This document shows positions 1 to 11,897 of a stretch of DNA of 64,000 bases, in pieces. This DNA comes from the human T2T-CHM13v2.0 reference genome, Homo sapiens, in NCBI RefSeq assembly GCF_009914755.1, contig NC_060929.1; one strand, 5' to 3'. How positions within the stretch are numbered: position 1 is the first letter of the stretch; each line of letters begins with the position of its first letter. A program made the translations under genes and the position numbers. Below the pieces are notes generated by a model, which saw only the letters and a list, made by a program, of their open reading frames with translations, was not told the origin of the DNA and ran no database searches.

Positions 1-149
1 GGGAAGAAAACTCATTAAATAACTCCTTTGCAAAGAGCAGGGCTTAGTTAATAGTCCATGCTCTTTAAGGACCAAACCTTTAAAGAGAGATCACTCTTAT
101 TTGCTATTTTTGAATAATTCCACACTAACAGCTTATCTCCAGCTGGCTA

Positions 150-880
150 TCTTCGGTTACATCTGACTTTCCCCAAGCACCCCACTTTCCTGCCCCATCA
201 TTAAAACCTGGGAGTCATCTCACCACCTGCTCCTTTTGTGTTCCCTCCTGTGGTCAGATGCTTTCTTTCTCTTCCAAGTTCTTGGGACACCTACTTTCTT
301 TTTATTTTATTTTTAAAAGTTATTATTATTATTATTGTCATTATTTTAAGACAGGGCCTCATTCTTTTGCCTGAGCTGGAGTACTGAGGCTCTATCATAG
401 CTCACTGCAGCCTCCACCTCCTAGGCTCAAATGTTCCTTCTGCCTCAGCCTCCTAAGTAGCTGTGGGACAACAGGTGTGAGCCACTATGTCTGGCTAATT
501 TTCATTTTTTGTAGAAATGGGGTCTCACTATGCTTTCTAGGCTTAGGCTGGCCTCCAGCTCCCGGCCACAAGTGATCCTCCCACCTCAGCCTCCCAAAGT
601 GCTGGGATAACAGGCATGAGCCACTGCACCCGGCCATGCTTTCTTTTCCTTTCCTTGAGTCTCCTTGTATCTAAATTTACATCCCTCTTGCTTGCACTGT
701 GGCAGCAGACTCCTAACTGGGCTTTCGGTCTCCAGTCTCACCTGACCTTAAGATTATTCTTTCTAAAGTGCAATTCTCAATTCTTTGCAGTCTTGTTCGC
801 AAGTCATCAGAACCCTCCCTCTACCTTCCTGGTACAAACAACTTCTCAGTTTATCATTTGAGAACCTCCTCCTTGGGGCT
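150..880 (+). mobile_element. L2 LINE fragment interrupted by an Alu
   Basis: L2-typical motifs cctgggagtcatc, ctcctaactgg...ctccagtctc and ctttctaaagtgcaa. Confidence 0.55.
297..635 (-). mobile_element. AluJ-type SINE
   Basis: Diverged antisense dimeric Alu with a (TTA)n-degenerated tail, ending ccactgcacccggcc. Confidence 0.93.
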
Positions 881-1209
881 ACTATTTGCCTCCATCAGGT
901 TCCCTCCCTCAGTCAAAGTGGTCTCAACTACTGTGCTCTACAAGGATTACGCCTGCTATTTTCCTCCTCAGCCTGCAGAGGGGATGGGCAGGGGCTGGGC
1001 AGGAGCTAGGGAGGCTGTGGGGTTGGGGAGGGACACTCTGCAGGCCTGTTGCTTCCCACCCTCCAGCAGCTGGGTCTATTTACCCAAGTGTCCAGCATAA
1101 ATCATTTTCTGGAATATGCTCCAGGCAAAGTGGCTTGACAAATTACTGTTAAAGGCAGAACTTCTTGTCTCTGTCTTGGCTCCTAGCCTTCCCTCCATTC
1201 TGCATTTTC

Positions 1210-1455
1210 AAAATCCTGCCATTTCACACCCTTCTCTCCTAAGAAATCCTTCCTGACCTTCCCGCCAACATGGGGCTTCCTCTTTCACACATATACAGCA
1301 TTTGGTATGTGCTTGATGGTATTAGTTGTATTTGCCCTGCAATTAGCGGATGATACTCTAATTGTCCTGTGTCTGTTATTAGGATGTAAAAGGTATTGTA
1401 TTCCCCAAAAGCACCTAACTCATAATACAGGTACCCAACAAATGTTTGTCAAGTG
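1210..1455 (+). mobile_element. L2 3' end fragment
   Basis: ccttcctgacc ... agcacctaac...caggtacccaacaaatgtttgt resembles the L2 3' terminus. Confidence 0.5.
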
Positions 1456-2269
1456 CCAAGATATTGAAGAAGAAATGGCTGAAACCACAGTTGGAATACT
1501 TTATTTTGTTTTTGTTTGGGTTTTTGTTTTTTTTTTTTTTTTTTTGATCCTAACAGCCCCATCTGTAATGACCTGGGCAGGTCCCTGCAGGGCTTCTTAC
1601 CTGATCCTTGTCCTCTTCTAGTTTTCTCAAGGGTCCTTTTTCAGATTTAAAATTATTAATTTGTTAAGGATACATGGTAATAAACGTCAAACATTAAATT
1701 ATATCACTGTCTGATCTAAGAAGTCTTTAACTAGCTGAATGGGTTCCATAAATTCTGACTCTAAGAACTGAACATAAAGAGTTCCAACTTTTCATTCTTA
1801 GTAATCTTACCACATACCCTCAGCGTGTGTGCTTGGCCAGTAAGTAAGTTGTATGTGACCTTTTCAGGGATTTGTGCTAAAAGATGGAAAACTGGAACTA
1901 TTCTAGCAAACGTGAAGACCAATAATATGATATCATTCCAAAATAAAGCCATAAAGAAAGTCCACGCTGGAACTAATTGGCACCAACCAGGAAGTGTGAT
2001 ACAATACTCTCCTTTCCACTGAAAAACCTTCTGTGGTTTCAGGGTGAGGATGAAGAGAATGAAGAAAAACAAACACAATATGAAATTCAAACCACACCAG
2101 GAACAAAAAAAATATGCGCTGAAAGACCACAGAGTAGCATTTTTATGGGTAACTTTCAATTTTATCAAGATAGAGTTAGGAAAATAGTACGCATAGCTAT
2201 GCTATGTGACCTAAATGCCAAGTTTTCATTTTGTTTTATATTAATATTAGGGCTTCTCATATTTCATCT

Positions 2270-2690
2270 CTGTTTATGTTTACATAAATTACATTATATC
2301 AAATCCAGATTTGAAGCATCTCGGAATAAATACTTGAGTAGTTCTTGCTAATATTTTCATAGTTCAACTTTTATTTTTAATGTTAGTCTGGGAAATAATG
2401 TTTGTGTGTATAAATTTAATTCAATCACATTACTATGCTCCTACATTATGTTTTCATCATTTGCACAACAAAGTTTGCTGTTTATCTAATATATATACAT
2501 ATGTTTTATGTCCATCTAGAAATATGTATTTTCCTGTTTTATAACAGCCAAATAATGCTAGGTATATATATTAAACACAAAAGCCTGCAAGAAAACTTTT
2601 TCCTTTATAATATTCATATTTACGTGTTAAGGGGGCATAAATTATTTTTAACTTATATGGTTAAATGATTAAAGTTCTATAAATCACAAA
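2270..2690 (+). mobile_element. Possible hAT-Charlie DNA transposon remnant
   Basis: Translation IKSRFEASRNKYLSSSC* loosely resembles Charlie/Buster transposase C-termini and is followed by an AT-rich tail; recalled similarity only. Confidence 0.3.
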
Positions 2691-4772
2691 ATAGCTGAGT
2701 GAAAACAGAAAAATAAGAGCTGAGTCAATCTATTTTCCACTGTTAGAAAGAAGATGGAGGAGAAAAAGTTAATTTTACATGACGCTGCATAATTTTACTT
2801 TAACTGCTGCTTCATTCAGTGTCTAAACACATTGTTTTGGAATATCCTTTTGTCATATGTACAGAAGGGCTTTGCTATTGTCCCTCAGGAAGGCTGGCAG
2901 CTGGCCCTGCACTTTGACCCCCAACCCTGTCTCAGCAAGGGGCTCATTGATATTCCCAGAAGATTCTCTCAATGGAAGAAGATCATTTAAAAAAGAAAAA
3001 CTCCACCTTATGGGCTGGTGGTCCCCTCGCTCCTACCCTCTGCTCCTGCCCCCCTCTAAGTGATGGCACGCAGGTCCGGTCAAGCCCAACAATCCCTGGG
3101 CCTTCATAAACTCACTATTTTTCATGTATATTTGATGGGTCCTTTCCCTCTTATTCAAAGCAGCTTTCACAGTCATGTTACTGGGTGAGAGCCTTCTATT
3201 CTGGACTTACATTTGATTAATTTGTGGCATTCATGTGTCTAATTTTCTACACACAAAGGGAATGAACTAGCTTGGACTCTATCGACGAGTCATTTTTGCC
3301 AGGAAAGTTCAAACGTAAAGGAAAAGGCTGTGTCAGTGGAGATGGTTTCCAGCTCGCTTAAAAGGAGCTTAGAATAAAACAGTCTGCTTAAAAAATAAAA
3401 CACAAAACACAGCCATCATTTCCAATGCTTTTCTTAATGATATTTTAAAACACGTAAGCAAATACCTAAATGCTGCATTCCTTGTCATGCATACATAGAT
3501 CTTCACAAGAGGGAGCACCCAAAATTACTGCAGCTTCACAGACATCACACACTTAAAAAAAGACTCCTGGCTTCCTTTCAAATTCCATCAGTCAACTTTT
3601 ATCAACCATAGGGGAAGCAGAGGAGGATAAACACTGCCTGCGATACCATTTGGGTTTTAGGTTTTGGGTTTCTTCCAGTTAAGTTTGCAAAAGTGTGAAA
3701 GTACTAAAGAACAGAATATTGTTCCTCATTCTTACTATACAATAAATACTTCCAAATATGTCCTTAAATGCAATCCTTTGTGATTCCCTTAATTAATCTT
3801 GACTAATCCTTGAAGGAACCATGATAGCAAAAATTTAGTGTCTAGCATAACCTTACTACAGTTTCCCTTTTTAAGTTCTCATTTGAATTTGATAAGTTAA
3901 TATTTACTTTAAAAAAATCCACATCATTTCTATTCAATGGCACTTGAACTTTTAAAAAATGTTTCAAAGAAATTAAAGCTAGATATGATTGGAAATAAGC
4001 AAAACGAGAAAGAGTTGTCCTATGTGTATGTAGCACAACCCTCCCTGTGTCCTTTAATAAAAAGCAGGACTCTGGTCATTCCATGATGTCACTGGCATTC
4101 CGCACCAAAAAAAAAGGTCCCCACAGATCAAATTCCACTTCCTTTCAATAAAGCTAAAGATGAAATAAATCTTTAAAATGCAGGGGGAAGAGAAAAATGT
4201 ATATAAGTTCTTCCAGAAAATCTGAGAGGGCTTGCAAGGAATAAGGCACAGAATCAACAACCCTGGCTTCCAGTTTTGCTGACTTACTTCAATGACCTTG
4301 GGCTTACCCTTGTACTAGAGGCAGAATGTGTGTGGGCACATGTACCTGTGCATACTTTCAAGCTCTGGGGCCCGAAAAAGTCATTTATGTACTCTGGAGA
4401 GGTGAGAGAATACCATGACAGACAAATGAAGTTTGAGACACAGGATCCCATCCACCCACCCCTGCCCCAGGTTGGGATGTCCGAAACTAAGACACCCAAG
4501 ACTCCCAAGAAAGGGAAGACAAAAGGCAGACATTCATACACAGGGCTCTAGCAGCAGCATTCTCTCACAAGAGTAGCAGGACCATTAACTTTATAAAAAC
4601 AATAGCCAGGTTCCCTGAAGGCTGCAGATAGGGAAAACCTAGGTGGAGGTCTATATGCATTTCTAGGATATGCCAAGAAATTAAGGGGTGTGGCACTGGG
4701 CACTGGACATGTGAGGCAAAGTAGCGAGTGGCTGGGAATGAAGAATGTGTTTCTAATATTTACATTCAAGTT

Positions 4773-5090
4773 CTTTTTTGTTATTGTTGTTTATTTTATT
4801 TTCTTACAGTCAGGGTCTCACTGTCACCCAGGCTGAAGTACAATGGCTAGCTAGATCATGGCTCACTGCAGCCTCGACCTCCTGGGCTCAGATGATCTTC
4901 CCACCTCAGCTTCCCAAGTAGCTGGGACTACAGGCACATGCCACCATGCCCAGCTCGTTTTAATTTTTTTTGTAGGGATGGGGTCTTGCTGTGTTGCCCA
5001 GGCTGATCTCAAACTCCTAGGCTCAAGTGATCCTCCCACCTCAGCCTCCAAAAGTGCTGAGATTACAAGTGTGAGCCACTGTGCCTGGCC
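4773..5090 (-). mobile_element. AluJ-type SINE
   Basis: Full antisense dimer; degenerate TSD tacattcaag (4761-4770) / tatattcaag (5091-5100). Confidence 0.95.
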
Positions 5091-6247
5091 TATATTCAAG
5101 CTTTATACAAACACACATATACCCCTCTGCATATACACATATATACCCCGTAGCTATCAAAATACAGACCCATTTTTCTACAGGGGAGGGGAAGAAAAAA
5201 AGGAGAAAAGACAAAGAGGAATAATAAAGATCGTGGGGAGAGAACAACCCATGGGAAAGCCAGAAAAGAGAATTGAGAGACAGTTAGACCAGGGAGAAGC
5301 CTGGCAATTCCTACAGAGAGGACATGCCTAGGCAGGTAGTGGAGGGGAAGCAATGGTGAAATCAGGCCAGCAGCAGCACTGCATTAACACTTGAGTGATC
5401 AAACAAAGGGTAAAGCCATCAGGAAAGAAACTGACAGCTGCAGTCCTTAAATGCCCCAATTTAGAGACACAATGACTCCTTCTTCCATTGGCCATCCTCA
5501 AACCCAAGTCAGGAACATGCAGTGAGGCTAGACATAGACATAGACTTTCTAGACAGAGAACATACAAATAATTGTGGAACATAACAGAATCAGAAATGCC
5601 AACATAAATAAAACTTCAGAATTTGTAGGGTTTGAGCCTTGTGATGAAATCAACTAGTTGAAAAAACATTTTTTAAAAAATTTGATACAGAATATCTTAT
5701 ATATAAAATATACAAAACCTCAGTTTTATAAAATTATCATAAGCCCTCCATACTTTTACAAATCCTTCTCGGTCTTCAGATTCAGAAATGGTGTATCTAT
5801 AATAGGAACTAATTCTGAAAGCACTTAAAAAGAACAATGTCAGGACAGCTAAATATATGACTTATAAAAATCACTAGTTCCTCCCACCTTGGTTCTGTTG
5901 ACCTTAGTGGCCAAGTCCTTTTCCTGAGCTTTTAATAAACACATGCCTGTAAGCAAAGATACGCATAGTTAAATCTATACTTAGCATATTAACCCCCAGA
6001 TGAGCATAAAGACATATGCTACCAGAGATCCAGGAAACAAGAATCTGGGTTTTGGGGCTTTCTGTATTGGGGGTGAATGTTCACCTTCCCACAAGAGTCT
6101 CACAATGGTGGCTTTCCCAGCCCTCTAGGAAGGGGCTTCCTCAAAAAAAGTAGCATCTCCAAACACTCATACATTGTGAAGCAACTCAAATTTCCAAGTA
6201 AAAAGATATTAAATGTATTAATAGAAAGGACTGCAGACTACCCTTAA

Positions 6248-6478
6248 AATATATATATGTGTATATATATATATATTTTTATGTATATGTGTGTATATAT
6301 ATATATATTTATGTATATGTGTGTATATATATATTTATATATGTGTGTGTATATATATTTATATATATGTGTATATATATTTATATATATGTGTATATAT
6401 ATTTATATATGTGTGTATATATATTTATATATATATGTGTGTATATATATATTTATATATATATATTTATATATATAT
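6248..6478. repeat. TA/TG-rich microsatellite-minisatellite array
   Basis: ~20-30 nt higher-order units like ATATATATTTATATATGTGTGT; source of the spurious Y/I-rich ORFs. Confidence 0.95.
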
Positions 6479-6765
<287 letters not shown>

Positions 6766-6822
6766 CTACAAAAGGACAGTGAACTATTAAAATTCCACTT
6801 CCTAAGCAAGTGTACACCACTT

Positions 6823-6828
6823 TTTATT
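6823..6828 (-). terminator. Candidate distal polyadenylation signal AATAAA
   Basis: TTTATT on +; downstream on the minus strand is ttgtgttgtttgtttgc and the T-tract of the antisense Alu. Confidence 0.3.
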
Positions 6829-7908
6829 TTGAATTAAAATATCAGAAGATCACTGACAGGGAAAAAAAAGTAGGCCAGAATTATCTGGATTACTGCCCTA
6901 ACTCTAGAAAGCTGACATAGCATGACCAAGACCTACTTAAAAGCTGGCTGTATCTGTTTAACACCAAACTCTGAGGAGAGACCTACCTCCTAATGGTGAA
7001 AGAAACTGTTTTCACATTTTGAGAGGCAAGACCCATAAAGGAAGGGCCTCTAATTTCCAGTAATTACCCTGGTACCTTAAAGTCCGTAATTACATAGAGA
7101 ACCATGCCCTGAACTGGCCTTCAGTTGGTTCCAAACCCATTGCATGTAATTAGCCTTGATTAATATCCCACATTTCACATCAACAGACACAGTGAATCCA
7201 AATGATTCCCACGTTCTGCTGCCTCCGGAAACCTCACTGTTCAAATTCTGTGCCTTTATCAAGGGAACATGCTGAGCAAATGGGATCAAATGATGCCTTG
7301 GCACCCACCTTGGTCTAACTATTCAGAGGGAAGTAGCAATGCCTTTCATGTAATCATCTTAATCCCTTGTATCAACTAATTAATACACAGAGAAAGCTTT
7401 TACTTGCATGTGAGCAATTATAGCAACTTCCTGGTCGGTGTCCAAATGGATTCACAATATAATTCATGAACAATGAGGCTCTGGGAAAGACAGCTCCTAG
7501 AGATGACTTTTAAAATGAAAAAGTGTGTGTGTGGGGGTGGGGGCGGGCAGGTATTAATGATTCTAATAGTAGAAAAAGAGGACAGCAAGTAAATCTCAGT
7601 TTCTGAAAAAAAATTAATGTTGGAACCCTATTGTGCACATGACTGGCTTAAACAGACCAATTGATGTGAGCAAAGTAAGAACCAATAAATACCAGAGTTT
7701 GGATTCTATATCCTTATATACCTGAAATACCACCAAGTTACTTCCAAGGGACTTGAAAACAAACCTGCTGCCATTAAATAATGGGCTTCTGCTAAAAACA
7801 AACGAAAGTAAACTCACTCTACACAGACTTCTGAAAGCCATCTAAGATTTGAGCTCAGTGATTTCACATTCCTCCCTGGGGGGTACCTGTTGCAGTTGCA
7901 CGGGTGCA

Positions 7909-7930
7909 CTCTCTCTTCTCTCTCTCTCTC
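7909..7930. repeat. (CT)n microsatellite
   Basis: Directly visible, one interruption. Confidence 0.8.
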
Positions 7931-9068
7931 AACAGGAAGTAGCACATCAGTATTTTCAGCTGCCTGAGAACTAATCCAAGAATGGGGCCCAGGGCGGCAA
8001 GGGTTGGGAACTGTGAGCGAGTGGGGGAAGAGGGCTTAGGGGCCTACAGAAAAAGATATCCGAAGCATCAGCACCTGCTGTGGGGTTTCTGCTCCCGTGT
8101 CCGCCCCAGCCAGAGTGGGAATTGCTCCAGCACTGGGGCAACTTGTAATCCAACCTGGGGCAGAGAGCACAGGAACCTAGTGGCTCAGGCGTTCAAGAAA
8201 AGGCTCCCAGTCATAAAGCACCACATTGTGGTAACAAGCCCCGGGGTTGCACTGTGAACTTTTCCTGTGCAGATGGCTCGCTGTCGGGGAAAAACATTAC
8301 CCAGCAAAGTCCAGTCAACAAGTTCACTGAATCCAAGTTTCAAAAAACAAAACGCTTCCTCAATCACCCCCTCGTGCCAGACTATGCTGAAGCTGCTTAT
8401 AAATTACCAAGGGTCATCCTCTTTTTTTTTTTTTTAAAGAATAAAATGCTAATGGCATAGGTTTGGGCTCTCTGAATTAAATACTGTACTGAGCCACCCT
8501 GGGAACCAGACACTATCCTCCGGCTAGAAGGCTAAAGAATGAGCAATTGCCAGCCGTGGAATTTTCATGATCCAGTTTCCCCACCTTCCTGTCGCATACC
8601 CACTGGCAGGAACCAAAGGGCTGTCACCCTGACGAGAGAAAACAAAGCTCTGCACTGCGTTATGAAACAGGTTTTTCCTTTCTCGTAGAGACACTCCTTT
8701 ATGGCGAGGTCATGTAAAACAGCAAAATGCTCAATGAACACACTTGGTCCTGTTCCCTGCAGGTGACCGTACCCTTCAACTTGACCTGTGATACAGGGAG
8801 AGGGAAAGAAAACCACTCTCCAATTTCTAAGTAAAAGGTGACCAGACGGCAGGGATGGCAAAGCAGAGCCTACTGTTAACAACAAAAAGAAACTGCAAAC
8901 AGCAGCGTGGACAGACAGTCATACAGGTGTGGGCCGGGACCTTAGAGGGCAAAATAAAATGCTTCTGGAGTCTAATCTTGAGCCAAATTGACTAAAAAGG
9001 ACAGCCCGGCAGAGAACGTGCGTGATGTGAGTTACTCTGGCACCGAGAAACCTGTTCTTATCTGGCAA

Positions 9069-9088
9069 GTACGCCCCCTGCTGGCCGC
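9069..9088 (-). promoter_or_regulatory. CTCF binding motif
   Basis: Minus strand GCGGCCAGCAGGGGGCGTAC contains the consensus core CCAGCAGGGGGCG; it lies in a CpG-enriched patch (~17 CpG counted in 8880-9280). Confidence 0.75.
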
Positions 9089-9559
9089 GGTGCTGAACTC
9101 CGCCTCTTGGTCCTGCGCCAGACAGCCCTCGGAGCTCTCTGGTTTAGACCGGGGGAAGGAGAAAGGAGCTCTGGCAGAGCGAGTCCCTTGTAAAGCACAC
9201 AATGGGAGCAAAGGGTGCCGTCACAGCAGTCACCGCCCCAAACCACAATCTTTGTCCAGTCACGGTTCTCTGCAGTCAGATAAAATCCAAGCAAGCTGAA
9301 AAGAATGAATACAAACCTGATTGCTGCTTTGCAAGTGAGAAGTTTAGAAAGCTAGGGAGGAGGGGGCCGCCAAAGGGAACCTGCCATGAAAAGATTCTTA
9401 AGTCATTCACAGATACAGTGCTTGACTACTGGAGAAAATCTGGACTAACTGCCCTTTTAGAAGTTAGAGTTTACTATAACGTTAACAGTAATTATTTAAA
9501 TTATTAGCACATGGACACTGCAGCGTAGGATCAAAATGCATTCAAACAACGGGATGGAA

Positions 9560-9565
9560 TTTATT
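9560..9565 (-). terminator. Candidate proximal polyadenylation signal AATAAA
   Basis: TTTATT on +; on the minus strand an upstream TGTA (~9618-9615) and downstream GT/T-rich sequence. Confidence 0.3.
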
Positions 9566-9866
9566 GCCAACAAAATATAATACTAAAATCAGTTTTGCAC
9601 TTCCATTGTTTTTTTACACATGTCTTCACACGGACATTTTCATGTTTCTTCCCAAGCTTTTGCCTTCCTTTTCACCTAATTCTTTGTCATTTTTGTTGCT
9701 GTTGGGGTCTTGCATAAGCATGCTGATGTTTTGTAAGATCAGCCCGCTGTCCCTTATGATGATTCCCTTCAGAATTGGTGCATTCAATGTCTTTGGCAGA
9801 AAATCCTATGTAATACTGGCTTGTGTGTTAAGCTCATTCCCATCATCATCAATTGGAGACGCTTAC

Positions 9867-9927
9867 TTAAGGAAAACTGCCAAGACGTTCAGCTAGGCGC
9901 CATCCGTTAAGACACCCAAAAAGAAAC
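9867..9927 (-). ncRNA. Candidate exon (61 nt), or the start of a longer exon running to the donor at 9676 or the poly(A) signal at 9560
   Basis: Acceptor cctttacaaacag|GTTTCT, donor CCTTAA|gtaagc. Confidence 0.45.
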
Positions 9928-11878
9928 CTGTTTGTAAAGGCGCAGTGGGTCTTTCCCTTACTGGCACAAATGTCATAAGTGAGTATCTTTAGTTCACATT
10001 ATCTGCCCTTAGTCTCAGTGAGTTCACCAGCTCAGGCTGAACTTGGCTTCTCCCTGGGACCTCAATCTCATGTCTGTTCCCAGCTCTCAACTTCAAACAC
10101 AGAGGACAGAGAAGGCAAGGCATCTAGGCGTGAGCAGAGAAATATAATGGGCAAAAGAAACATGCTTCATCTCCTTTGGGTCAGTGGGTCTGGTTTTCAT
10201 TTTCTGGTTTACATATGAAACCAGGGGGTAAGAAGTGCCAGTGGAATATAGGCCCCAAGGACAAATGCTCTCATTTCAGAATTTAAAAGAATTTTCCAAA
10301 GCTAGATATCTCAGTGCTTCTTTACTTAATCCTGTTGGCCGTAATTTTTAGGTTTTGTTTCTTCATGCTCCTTATGCAAGCAGAAGACTGTCCAGGTAAA
10401 ATGAGAGTTTGTAGTCATTCTTTTATTTATTTGTTCAAGAAATATTTATTCAGTGTTAGACCTGTTTTGCCAAAATATCCTATGTGGATAGTACAGAATA
10501 CAACAGCGGCTTTTATTCACCACTTCTTTTAGCTTGCACTATGGATGTCTATCCCAGGGAATAACATGATTACGTGGGTTTCCATGCTATGGTTTAGAGA
10601 GTTCAACCCTTACCTATCAAAAGGTCTGGGAATGAGTGTGTGGGTCTATTTTTATTTATAAGAGGGGGAGAACGGAACAGTTTTAGAACGAACAAAATCA
10701 ATCTGCACCAGTTTTGGGAATAAGCTTCTGCTGTGAATAGAGCTGTCAAGACATTTGCAATCTGTTTGGCCCTGTGTCCACAAGAGGCTAAAGGTTTCAT
10801 AACCAAAAAGTAAGGATTTTTATTCTTTACCACTTGGCTAGCAGGAGCCTCATAAGACTTGGGGTGATTTTAGCTGTTCTATTACACCCTAAAGCACCAA
10901 AATGCACATCTATATTTATACTCACATGCACATATGTGCAAAATAATCTGTAAGAAAAACAGAATCTTAGGCTCACTACTATTTTATTTCAAGTATGGGG
11001 ATAAGTATGATAACTATCAATTGGTTTTCTTATTGAATTTAAGACGTATTCATACTTTCTTCAATAAAGTCAGATGGAAAAGAGTTATTTGGAAGAACTC
11101 AGAGGATTTTTACTCATGGCTTCAAACATCACTAAATGGTGGAAAGTGGGAGTACAAGGAAGACTTTTATGAATCAAATGGTTGATTTTCGGGAGTACTC
11201 AGTGTCTTTCTCTCATATTGTAACAATACTAGGAGCCCTCCCTTGCAAAAAAAAAATCATTCAATAAGCTCTGACTGATACCAAACCCCCTCAGATTAAA
11301 CTCAATATGCCATTAATATGAAAAGAATTTGACAGTTTACATAAGGGATGTGACCTGGTGCCAACAACCTCTGGCTTCTCCATTCTCCAGATGGTAGCAG
11401 ATTAGTAGGCAGCCTTTATTCTCATAAGAAGATTTTTTTCCCCCCATGGAAAAACTATAAAGGCCAATTCTGTTCCAAACTTCAAGTTTCCTTCACAAAT
11501 GTCTACACAATTCTGGGCCTTAACTAATGCTATTAAAAGAAGCCCCTGGGCTTGAAGCTATATGGAAGGGGGGAAAAAGACTAAGGCAAACTTAACTCTA
11601 ATGCCTGTCTTTAAAAGATCTATTGACAGAAGCAGTGGGGAGAGTTTGAACTAATGTTAACTTAAAGAAAAAGGCTGGTGAGATTCAATTGTGGATGTGA
11701 ATGCTTGCTTGAGTTTGATCTTGACGGGGCTTAAGATAAGGGAGATAAAAACCTAAGCCTACTTACATATTAAAAAATGCAGTTGCACTAAATTCACTAC
11801 ATACCACTGTTCTCAATTTGATTTATGCCCATCATCAGTGAAGATGCTGAAGGACACCCCTGTCTAATATGGGAAGAA

Positions 11879-11897
11879 GCCACAGCAGAGGGCACTT
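11879..11897 (+). promoter_or_regulatory. Weaker CTCF-like motif
   Basis: GCCACAGCAGAGGGCACTT; one mismatch at the first C of the core. Confidence 0.35.

Larger units (their letters stand above)
6800..8785 (-). ncRNA. Candidate terminal exon (3' end uncertain: ~6800 or ~5910)
   Basis: Strong acceptor ggttttctttccctctccctgtatcacag|GTCAAG at 8785; AATAAA at 6828-6823 followed by a GT/T-rich tract; ATTAAA at 5936-5931. Confidence 0.4.

Noticed and set aside
2043-2148. Purine-rich + strand segment (GEDEENEEKQTQYEIQ...) after tttcag
   Set aside because: The boundary reads equally well as a donor (AGG|gtgagg), the downstream donor is weak, there are no partner exons and I recognise no protein.
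4858-5331. Longest ORF in the track (157 aa) and similar ORFs at 24361, 28406, 37336, 55739 and 59697
   Set aside because: They are translations of Alu sequence, not genes.
9806-9866. Apparent GT-AG intron between the 61-nt exon and the 9805 acceptor
   Set aside because: Only 61 nt with a poor pyrimidine tract, below the usual human minimum; both sites are unlikely to be used in one transcript.
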